Assembly (NCBI GenBank): GCA_005885165.1
Contig: VAXR01000060.1
Span: forward strand, 1 to 38,312
DNA from: Actinomycetota bacterium
GTDB taxonomy: Bacteria > Actinomycetota > Thermoleophilia > Solirubrobacterales > Thermoleophilaceae
Direction of reading: 5' to 3'
Length of the DNA stretch: 38,312 nucleotides
Part shown: positions 24,279 to 31,090 of the stretch, in pieces
How the letters are laid out: the number at the start of each line of letters is the position of its first letter
Position numbering within the stretch: position 1 is the stretch's first letter
Notes under the pieces: model-generated
What the model was told of the DNA's origin: nothing
Seen by the model: the letters and a program-made list of their open reading frames with translations, nothing else
Databases searched by the model: none
Program-made: the position numbers and the translations under genes

Positions 24279-24944
24279 CTAGCGCGCGAGCGCGAGGATC
24301 ACGTGCGGAGTCACGTACACCTCGACGAGGCAGCTGATCATCAGCACCGGCAGCGAGATCGCCGTCGTCACGATGGTCGCCGCGAGCAGCTTGTGCCAGT
24401 CGTCGCGCCTGCTCGCCACGACCCACGCGGCCAGCGGGAGGAACAGCGCCGTGAGCTCCGGCACCGCGTGGATCGAGAGCGCGAGCAGGAGCTTCGCCAC
24501 GCCGATGCCGAGGTGCGCCGAGAGGGTCGACGCGGCGTGGCCGAGGACGTACGCCTGCGTCGAGAGGGAGAAGGTGGTGGCGCCGATCACGAACGCGATC
24601 GCGAACCGGCCCGCCTTCTCGTGGATCCAGCGCGAGAACCCGTTTCGCATCGCCGCCTGCTGGGGGAGGGTGCTCCCCGCCATGAAGCCGGCGACGCACG
24701 CCATCGAGTGAAGGGCGAGCACGAGGAGGTTGCGGTAGAAGACGTGCTGGGCGTCCCCGAATGCGGGGTCGCGATTCACGCCGGGCAGCACGAGCGGGGT
24801 CGGGTCCGGCCGCGACAGCTTCGCCACGACGTAGACCGCGCAGAGGAGGCCGACGGCCGTCACCACGCTCCAGAAGAGCCAGGTGCGGAAGACCGGCCAG
24901 GGACGCCTGTTCCACTCGGCCAGGGTCTCCTTCGTGTCCGACAT
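24279..24944 (-). CDS. SpoIIM/DUF95-like integral membrane protein
   Basis: ATG 24944 is preferred over the ORF start at 25028. The product has multiple TM helices and a HAVPELTALFLPLAAW block resembling the H-G-x-x-E-hydrophobic motif of the DUF95 family. Confidence 0.55.
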   Translation of the reverse strand: MSDTKETLAEWNRRPWPVFRTWLFWSVVTAVGLLCAVYVVAKLSRPDPTPLVLPGVNRDPAFGDAQHVFYRNLLVLALHSMACVAGFMAGSTLPQQAAMRNGFSRWIHEKAGRFAIAFVIGATTFSLSTQAYVLGHAASTLSAHLGIGVAKLLLALSIHAVPELTALFLPLAAWVVASRRDDWHKLLAATIVTTAISLPVLMISCLVEVYVTPHVILALAR

Positions 24945-25059
24945 CCCCTGGACGAGCACGAGCTCGTTGACGCTCACCCCTCCCGAATCGGCACGGCCGC
25001 CCCGGAGGCTGAGCCGCGGGCGCCTCACGACGCGCCCGGTTCGCGGGCCGGCAGTGGAC

Positions 25060-25677
25060 TCACGACGCGCCCAGCGCGCGGAGGTCGTGAGCCAGCCGCT
25101 CCGGCGTGGCCTGCTGCGCCGGGTAGCCGACGCGCTGCATCCCGCGGGCGTCGGCCAGCACGAGCCTGGCCTGGTGCTCCTCGTGCGGGAGCTGCGGCCG
25201 GATCGCGAAGGCCCGCCAGAGCGGAGCGAGCTGCTGCCGCGTTCCGAGCAGGAAGTGCATCCGGCCTGTCATCCCGACCTTCGCGAGAAAGCGGCGTGCG
25301 CTGCCGGGCGTGTCGTGTGCGGGATCGACCGAGATGGCGATCGCCGTGACGGGCCCCCGCAGGTCGTCGAGCGCCCCCTTCACCTGCTGCGCGGTTATCG
25401 GGCAGGTGTCGTGGCAGTGGCTGTAGAGGAACGTGATCACGGCGGGCCGGCCGAGCAGCGTCCTGGAGGAGACCTCGCGGCCGTCCTGGTCCTTGAGATT
25501 GAAGTTCGGAACGCGCAGGCCCGCGGGGAGGAGGGCGCCGTTGAAGTGCGAGGCGGGGCCCGAAGCGGAGCCGCGCAGGTCGTTCGCTTCGTGGTGGGCG
25601 CGAGTCGCTGCCAAAACGACCGCCGCGAAGGCGAGAGCGGCGCCGGCGACTAGGAGGGCGATCCAGCGGGGTCTCAT
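25060..25677 (-). CDS. SCO1/SenC family copper chaperone (thioredoxin fold)
   Basis: N-terminal anchor RWIALLVAGAALAFAAVVLA. The CxxxC motif is in FLYSHCHDTCP. Downstream are the SVDPAHDTP block and a conserved His (EEHQARLVLAD). Confidence 0.85.
   Translation of the reverse strand: MRPRWIALLVAGAALAFAAVVLAATRAHHEANDLRGSASGPASHFNGALLPAGLRVPNFNLKDQDGREVSSRTLLGRPAVITFLYSHCHDTCPITAQQVKGALDDLRGPVTAIAISVDPAHDTPGSARRFLAKVGMTGRMHFLLGTRQQLAPLWRAFAIRPQLPHEEHQARLVLADARGMQRVGYPAQQATPERLAHDLRALGAS
25275..25367. repeat. 93-bp inverted repeat, copy A (native context inside the SCO gene)
   Basis: Its reverse complement is identical at all 93 positions to 26473-26565 (checked base by base). It encodes DLRGPVTAIAISVDPAHDTPGSARRFLAKV of the SCO protein. 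Confidence 0.95.
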
Positions 25678-25764
25678 CCGGCCCCAATCGTTGCAGCCCT
25701 CCGGCTTGGATCAGGTAGGCGACGAAGGGAGGGGAGCCATCGCCGCTCCGGAAATCCGGAGCAA

Positions 25765-25801
25765 TCCTGACTTAGCTACCCATACTGTGGCTAAGTCAGG
25801 A
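25765..25801. repeat. 37-nt palindromic element (perfect 12-bp arms, 13-nt centre)
   Basis: TCCTGACTTAGC-TACCCATACTGTG-GCTAAGTCAGGA lies in the divergent SCO / E1 intergenic region. It is immediately preceded by a second hairpin, CTCCGG-AAAT-CCGGAG. A degenerate copy lies at 6101-6137. Confidence 0.7.
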
Positions 25802-25898
25802 ATGCTCTCGAAGAATGTGCTTTCGTTGCCATACTCGAGGCGGTTCGGAGGCCTTGATCGCTTGGACCTGACCGCCCTGACGGGCCGGACCTCCAACG

Positions 25899-25913
25899 CT
25901 ACACTTTCTGAAG
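25899..25913 (+). promoter_or_regulatory. Shared 15-nt motif CTACACTTTCTGAAG (contains a -10-like TACACT) upstream of the E1 gene
   Basis: It is identical to 27553-27567. CTGACG lies 17 nt upstream of TACACT and is -35-like. The motif sits 78 nt before ATG 25991. Confidence 0.45.
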
Positions 25914-25990
25914 TAATAAGCCGATGTGAGGCTTTGAGTCAAGCCGATTTGCGGTTTGATCGAAGCTCTCCTGAGGCACAGGAGCCCTAG

Positions 25991-27122
25991 ATGCCCAGCG
26001 GTTCAGAGCTGATACGACAGATTCGAGACCAGGTACGCGAGCTCGATCCCCGCGAGGTTCACGACGCCCTGGCGAGCTCGAACGGCAACGGGCGCGTGCC
26101 GGTGCTGGTCGACGTCCGCGAGCAGCACGAGTTCGAGGAGGCGCATATCCCGGGAGCCATCCATGTCCCGCGCGCCTATCTCGAGTCGCGAATCGAGGGG
26201 AAGGTCGGCGACAAGTCGCAGTCTGTCGTCCTTTACTGCGCGACCGGTCAGCGTTCGGCGCTCGCCGCTCACACGCTCGAGCACCTGCTCGGTTACCAGG
26301 ACGTTGCGTCGATGAACGGCGGGATCACGCTCTGGAAGGACCGCGGCTTCGAGGTGGAGACGCCCCGCGCGCTGAGCGCCGAGCAGAAGAGCCGCTACTC
26401 GCGCCATCTCCTGCTTCCCGAGATCGGGCTCGAGGGCCAGCTCAAGCTGCTTGACGCGAAGGTTCTTCTGCTACGACCTGCGGGGGCCCGTCACGGCGAT
26501 CGCCATCTCGGTCGATCCCGCACACGACACGCCCGGCAGCGCACGCCGCTTTCTCGCGAAGGTCGACTCCGCCGAGCAGACCATCAACTCGCTCAACCCC
26601 GACGTCGAGGTGGTCAAGTACAAGACGCGCCTCGACGCGTCGAACATCATGGAGATCATCGACGGCTACGACGTGATCGTCGACGGCGCCGACAACTTCC
26701 CGACGCGCTACCTGCTGAACGACGCGACAGTCCGGCTCGGGATCCCGGTGGTCTCGGCGTCGATCCTCGGCTTCGACGGCCAGCTCTCGGTGTTCGCGCC
26801 GTACGAGGGCCCGTGCTACCGCTGCCTCTACCCGACCCCGCCGCCCGCGGAGCTCGCGCCGTCGTGCGGTGCCAACGGCGTGCTCGGCGTCCTGCCGGGC
26901 ACGATGGGGATGCTCCAGGCCACCGAGGTGATCAAGCTGATCACCGGGTCCGGCGAGCCGCTGATCGGGAGGCTGCTCCTGTACGACGCATTGGGCGCGA
27001 CGTTCACGGAGCTCAAGGTTCGCCGGGATCCGAACTGCCCGATCTGCTCGCGCGACCCCGATTCCATCTCCGAGGAGGAGATGGGGAAGTTCCCTGACTA
27101 CGAAGCCTTCTGCGCCGGCTAG
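25991..27122 (+). pseudogene. Rhodanese + ThiF/MoeB-type E1 (MoeZ-like sulfur-carrier adenylyltransferase/sulfurtransferase), disrupted
   Basis: The N-terminal part (frame of 25991) holds a rhodanese domain with CATGQRS, followed by RYSRHLLLPEIGLEGQLKLLDAKVLLL. The C-terminal part (frame of 26451) runs DSAEQTINSLNPDVEVV...DGADNFPTRYLLND...CYRC...CPIC. Between them lie 93 bp of SCO-derived sequence and a frame change. The GxGxxG nucleotide-binding loop is absent. Confidence 0.8.
26473..26565. repeat. 93-bp inverted repeat, copy B (ectopic, inside the E1 gene)
   Basis: This is the perfect reverse complement of 25275-25367. On the plus strand it reads the SCO peptide in the same frame as the downstream E1 half. 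Confidence 0.95.
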
Positions 27123-27253
27123 GGCTTACGCGCCTGCAAACCGTCGCACCCGTGCGTCCTCGGCTCTCGGCTTGGCCCGCCAAGCCTTCGAGCCTGCGTC
27201 CTTCGGCTGCTCGGTTTTCGGCGCGCCGCCAAGTCGCGGTAGCGTAGGCGGCG

Positions 27254-27535
27254 ATGAGCACGGTCAAGATTCCGCCGGTGCTCCGGTCGGCAACGGGTGG
27301 CGAGAAGGAGGTCGGAGCGGACGGCTCGAACGTCGGCGAGGTGCTGCGCTCGCTCGCCGAGCGCCACCCCGAGACCCAGCATCAGCTCTTCTCCGAGGAA
27401 GGCGAGCTGAACCGTTACGTGAACGTGTACCTGAACGACGAGGACGTACGTGTGCTGGCCGGGCTTGAGACTCCGGTCAGCGAGGCCGACATACTCGTGA
27501 TCCTCCCGGCGATGGCCGGCGGGTCCCCCGGTTAG
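27254..27535 (+). CDS. cysO: ThiS/MoaD-family sulfur carrier protein CysO, with a GG-SPG C-terminus
   Basis: 93 aa. PPVLRSATGGEKEV...RYVNVYLNDEDVR...ILVILPAMAGGSPG* closely parallels mycobacterial CysO, but three residues follow the Gly-Gly. Confidence 0.9.
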   Translation: MSTVKIPPVLRSATGGEKEVGADGSNVGEVLRSLAERHPETQHQLFSEEGELNRYVNVYLNDEDVRVLAGLETPVSEADILVILPAMAGGSPG

Positions 27536-27552
27536 CACGCGTTAGGGCACTA

Positions 27553-27567
27553 CTACACTTTCTGAAG
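27553..27567 (+). promoter_or_regulatory. Shared 15-nt motif CTACACTTTCTGAAG directly upstream of cysM
   Basis: It is identical to 25899-25913. TTAGCA (27531-27536) lies 17 nt upstream of TACACT (27554-27559). The motif ends 2 nt before ATG 27570, so there is no room for a Shine-Dalgarno sequence. Confidence 0.45.
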
Positions 27568-27569
27568 CG

Positions 27570-28541
27570 ATGATCGAGCCGCGACTCGACAATCAGCCGT
27601 GCGGGGGGAAGTACGCGGACATCGTTCAGGCCATCGGGCACACGCCGCTCGTGGAGCTGCGCCGGCTCTCGCCGAAGCCCGGCGTCCGGATCTACGCGAA
27701 GCTCGAGAGCTACAACCCGACCGGCTCGGTCAAGGACCGCGTGGCTCGCGCGATGCTCGAGGACGCGGAGGCGCGGGGTGCGATCTCTCCGGGACAGACG
27801 ATCCTCGAGCCGACGTCCGGCAACACCGGGATATCGCTGGCGATGATCTGCTCGCGCAGGGGCTACCCGCTGAAGGTCGTCATGCCGGACAACGTGACCG
27901 AGGAGCGCACCCAGCTCCTCAGGATGTACGGGGCGGAGATCGCCTACTCCCCGGGCGCGCAGGGGTCGAACGGCGCGGTCGCGATGGCGCTCGAGATGGC
28001 CGAGGCCGACGCCTCGTACTACATGCCGTACCAGTACGGCAACGAGGCGAACCCGCTCGCCCACTACAACGGCACCGCCGTGGAGATACTCGAGGAGCTC
28101 GACGACGTCGCCGCCTTCGTCGGCGGCCTTGGAACCGGCGGCACGCTGATGGGCTGCGCCCGCCGACTCAAGGAGGAGGACCCGGACACGCTGATCGTGG
28201 CGGCCGAGCCGCTCCAGGGCGAGCAGGTGCAGGGGCTCCGCTCGCTCGAGGACGGCTACATCCCGCCGATCCTCGACCTCTCGTTGCTGGACCGCAAGAT
28301 CTTCGTCTCCAACCGCGACGCCGTCGTTTGGACCAAGCGCCTCCTCGCCGACGAGGGCCTCTTCACCGGTGTCTCCGCCGGTGCCGTCGCGTCGATTGCG
28401 GTGCGCGTCGCCCAGGACATCGACGAGGGCAGCGTGGTCTTCGTCGTGCCGGACGACGGCTGGAAGTACCTGAGCTCCGGCGTGTACTCGAAGCCGCTCG
28501 AGGAGCTCGAGGACTCGCTCGAGTCGGCGTCGTTCTGGTAG
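27570..28541 (+). CDS. cysM: Cysteine synthase B-type PLP enzyme (CysM, CysO-thiocarboxylate dependent)
   Basis: 323 aa. Blocks seen: NPTGSVKDR (PLP Lys), EPTSGNTGISLA, GLGTGGTLMG, DDGWKYLSSGVY. It is collinear with mycobacterial CysM as I recall it. Confidence 0.9.
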   Translation: MIEPRLDNQPCGGKYADIVQAIGHTPLVELRRLSPKPGVRIYAKLESYNPTGSVKDRVARAMLEDAEARGAISPGQTILEPTSGNTGISLAMICSRRGYPLKVVMPDNVTEERTQLLRMYGAEIAYSPGAQGSNGAVAMALEMAEADASYYMPYQYGNEANPLAHYNGTAVEILEELDDVAAFVGGLGTGGTLMGCARRLKEEDPDTLIVAAEPLQGEQVQGLRSLEDGYIPPILDLSLLDRKIFVSNRDAVVWTKRLLADEGLFTGVSAGAVASIAVRVAQDIDEGSVVFVVPDDGWKYLSSGVYSKPLEELEDSLESASFW

Positions 28542-28551
28542 CCGGCCGCCG

Positions 28552-28884
28552 CTAGCTCGGCGAACTGGGCGCTTGCGACTTTGCCGCCGCGGGCTGATCC
28601 TTCGCAGCCGCCGGCTTGGCGGGCTCGGCGGCTGGAGTCGCTGCCGGCTCGGCGGGCTTGTCCGCCGCGCCGGTGTGCTCCGGAGCCGGCAGTGCCTCGG
28701 TCTGCGCGGGCGGCGGAGGCGCCGTGTAGTCATCCTCGTCGTCGTGCTCCATGTTCAGCGCGCCGCGGAACTCGCGGATTCCGCGGCCCATCGCGCGCGC
28801 GGCGTCGGGAAGCCGGTGCGGACCGAGCACGATCAGCGCGATGATCAGGACGACGATCAGCTCGAGCGGGCCGATGTTGAACAC
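28552..28884 (-). CDS. tatA: Twin-arginine translocase TatA/E family protein
   Basis: GTG 28884 gives VFNIGPLELIVVLIIALIVLGPHRLPDAARAMGRGIREFRGAL, followed by an acidic / Pro-Ala-rich tail. Confidence 0.85.
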   Translation of the reverse strand: MFNIGPLELIVVLIIALIVLGPHRLPDAARAMGRGIREFRGALNMEHDDEDDYTAPPPPAQTEALPAPEHTGAADKPAEPAATPAAEPAKPAAAKDQPAAAKSQAPSSPS

Positions 28885-28939
28885 GGGGCCAGGATAGACC
28901 CGCAAAGGGCGGCCCGGTGCCGCCCGCTGTGGCCGTTGC

Positions 28940-29500
28940 TCAGGCGGCGCCGCGCTCGAACGCGCTCGGTACCGGCTGCTCGTGCAGCAGCTGGCGCAGG
29001 AGCACCAGGTGCTGCGCATCCGAGCCGACGATCCCGGCGAGCGCCTGGCGGATCTGGGAGTCGTAGGCGGTCCGGATGCCGGAGATGTTCGTCGCGATCG
29101 CGCGTCCCTCGAGCCTGCTCGCGAATCGAAGCGCCGCCGTCCGGTCGCGGAGGCCCAGGAGCCCGGAGATCTCGGTGCGCCTCGGAGTGGCAGGTGGCTC
29201 GGTCCCCAACTGGTCCTTCATCAGCTGCCCCAGTGCCGCCGCGTGCTGGGTGGCGTGCTCCTCGAGGATCCGAACGACGGAAGTCTCGGACGGGCGGAGC
29301 AGCCGGCCGTTCGCGATCGCCTCGAGCGCGACCATCTTCCTCAGCTCGTCGAGCGTCGCCGCGCCCACCGCCCTGCGCTCGATCTTCTTGACCAGCGCCT
29401 TGTCGACGGCTGCACGTGCCGAGCCCGGCGAGGAGGCCACGGCGACTGCGGCTCCGCCGGCGAGCAGCGCGCGCCGCCGGGTGATCGGGCGGTCCGTCAC
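28940..29500 (-). CDS. Tat-signal ferritin-like domain protein
   Basis: GTG 29500 overlaps the upstream TGA (GTGA). The signal is TDRPITRRRALLAGGAAVAVASSPGSARA. Helical EEHATQHAAAL ... DAQHLVLL blocks are typical of ferritin-like / DUF4439-type proteins. Confidence 0.7.
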   Translation of the reverse strand: MTDRPITRRRALLAGGAAVAVASSPGSARAAVDKALVKKIERRAVGAATLDELRKMVALEAIANGRLLRPSETSVVRILEEHATQHAAALGQLMKDQLGTEPPATPRRTEISGLLGLRDRTAALRFASRLEGRAIATNISGIRTAYDSQIRQALAGIVGSDAQHLVLLRQLLHEQPVPSAFERGAA

Positions 29501-30207
29501 GTCGGCTTGCTCCCGGTGACGACCGCTTGCGGAGCCTGCGGCTCGTGGAGCTCGCCGAGGATCACCGACATGTGCTCGGCCTCGGTGGCGAGGATCGATG
29601 CGAGCGTGGCCCGCAGCCCCGGAGCCGCGACGGTGCCCAGCGCATTGACGTAGGCCGAGACCTGCGTGTTCTCCACGTCGAGGGCGAAGCGCAGCGCCGA
29701 TTCCGCGTCGGAGAGCCGGGGGAAGCCCGCCGAGTAGGCCGCTGGCGTTCTGCGGATCGGCGGCTTCCCTCCGAGCGAGAGGATCGCGCGGGTGAGTGCA
29801 CCCTAGTGCTCCTCCTCGTGCCCCAGGAACCGCACCCCGGTGGCGCGTGCCGCACCTGCGAGGCGCCCCATCCCCAGCCGGTACGCGGCGATCGCCGTGC
29901 GCTCCGCCTCGATCAGCGCGCTCACGACCGCGGCATCGGCTTGCACCTGGGTGGGGTTGACAGTCGGCAGCGTTCGCGCGCCGCCCCCGCCGCACCCGGC
30001 GCGCAGCACGGCCATGCCCGCACCTGCGCCGCCGCCCGCGAGCCGGACGGCATCGCGTCGCGACAGCGCGCCGCCCGCTTCGGCGCGGGGCCGCCCCGGG
30101 GTCGGCGGGGTGTCTCGCGCTCCGGCGTCGATCCGGGGATCGTATTCGGTGTCTACGCTCTCGGCATGCGCATCTCGCGCGCACTGCTGGACGAGCTTGT
30201 CGCACAC
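29497..30207 (-). pseudogene. Tat-signal ferritin-like domain protein (paralog) interrupted by an in-frame TAG
   Basis: A single frame reads ...LSRRDAVRLAGGG...SALIEAERTAIAAYRL...RFLGHEEEH-TAG(29805-29803)-GALTRAILSLGG...ATEAEHMSVILGEL...*. The stop aligns with Ala in the paralog block QHAAAL. The 5' end is uncertain: ATG 30015 lies after the RR motif, and GTG 30207 would overlap mec. Confidence 0.55.
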
Positions 30208-30549
30208 GCGCGAGAGGAGGCGCCGAACGAGTGCTGCGGCTACGCGCGCGTGAACGAGGGGGTGGTGGAGGAGGTGTTTCGCGGCGAGAACATGCGCCAC
30301 TCGCCATACGGCTTCGACCTGGATCCGCAGAGCCTCCTCGCCGCGAACGAGCTCGACGGCGAGGGCTTCGGAGTGGCCGTGTACCACTCCCACCCGCGCA
30401 GCGCGGCCGAGCCCTCCGAGCAGGACCGCAACCTCGCGCAGTATCCGCACTGGACCTACCTGATCGTGTCGCTCGACGGAGAGCCCGAGGTCAGGGCGTG
30501 GAAGATCGCCGATGGACGGGTCGAGGAAGAAGCGCTCCAGGTCGACTGA
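30166..30549 (+). CDS. mec: JAMM/MPN+ metalloprotease (Mec, CysO-cysteine peptidase)
   Basis: 127 aa. The catalytic Glu is in EAPNECCGY. The JAMM motif is HSHPRSAAEPSEQD (HxHx7Sx2D). Confidence 0.85.
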   Translation: MRISRALLDELVAHAREEAPNECCGYARVNEGVVEEVFRGENMRHSPYGFDLDPQSLLAANELDGEGFGVAVYHSHPRSAAEPSEQDRNLAQYPHWTYLIVSLDGEPEVRAWKIADGRVEEEALQVD

Positions 30550-31066
30550 CGCGGAGCCCGCGCACCCCGAGGCGCTGGCCTGCCCGGCGTGCGCGCGCCG
30601 CTACCCCCTGGAGGAGCGTTTCTGCAGCCACTGCGGGATGCCACTCGTGTACGCCGGCGGCCGCAACGTCGAGGAGCCGCGCGACGAGGCGCACGAGCGC
30701 GCGCGCAAGATCCGCCCGGAGCTCACCCGCGGCGAGCTGGTTCGCGTGGGGTTCGCCCGCAACCAGGCGGAGGCCGAGCTGATGCAGAACCTCTTGATCG
30801 AGGAGGGCATCCCGAGCGTCCTGCGGCGGACCGCCGGCTTCGACGTGCCCGACTTCCTCGCCGCCGGGCCGCGTGACGTGCTCGTGCCCGAGTCGGGTGT
30901 GGAGCTCGCCCGCATCACCCTCCGGAGGGCGGACGTCGAGCCCGTCGAGGCGCGGGTCCCGGAGGCGACCTCGGGCGCCCAGGTCGCGCGCATCGTGGTC
31001 GGGATCGTGGCGGGTGCCGCGGTCGCTGCGCTGATCGCGTGGGGGCTGCTCCAGGCGACCACCTGA
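30512..31066 (+). CDS. Zinc-ribbon + DUF2007-like domain protein with C-terminal TM helix
   Basis: CPACARRYPLEERFCSHCG is a zinc ribbon. ARNQAEAELMQNLLIEEGIP resembles DUF2007. The C-terminus is hydrophobic (IVVGIVAGAAVAALIAWGLL). It overlaps mec by 38 nt. Confidence 0.6.
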   Translation: MDGSRKKRSRSTDAEPAHPEALACPACARRYPLEERFCSHCGMPLVYAGGRNVEEPRDEAHERARKIRPELTRGELVRVGFARNQAEAELMQNLLIEEGIPSVLRRTAGFDVPDFLAAGPRDVLVPESGVELARITLRRADVEPVEARVPEATSGAQVARIVVGIVAGAAVAALIAWGLLQATT

Positions 31067-31090
31067 TGCGCCGCCCCGGCACGGCGCCTG

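Noticed and set aside
25870-25900. GGGCCGGACCTCCAACG resembling the SAM-IV/SAM-I core (GGCCGGCAACCCUCC)
   Set aside because: The flanking SAM-riboswitch elements (GUCAUGAG ... UGAUGAC, P1/P3 helices) are absent. The similarity is a short GC-rich string.
25275-26565. Idea that the 93-bp inverted repeats flank an invertible 1.1-kb switch segment
   Set aside because: Inversion would fuse the SCO N-terminal half in frame to the E1 C-terminal half, but it would not recreate an ATP-binding loop or an intact E1, and it would break SCO. No recombinase gene is nearby. It remains testable by looking for reads in the flipped orientation.
27169-27186. Hairpin GGCTTGG-CCCG-CCAAGCC after the E1 gene as a terminator
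   Set aside because: It is a 7-bp stem followed only by TTCGAG, with no U-tract. cysO follows closely and is likely co-transcribed. I did not list it as a feature.
30013-30015. ATG 30015 (MAVLRAGCGGGG...) as a lipoprotein start for the interrupted ferritin-like gene
   Set aside because: The signal would be only 7 residues with Arg at the -3 lipobox position. A twin-arginine motif (LSRRDAVRLAGG) lies upstream in the same frame, so the true start is probably further 5'.
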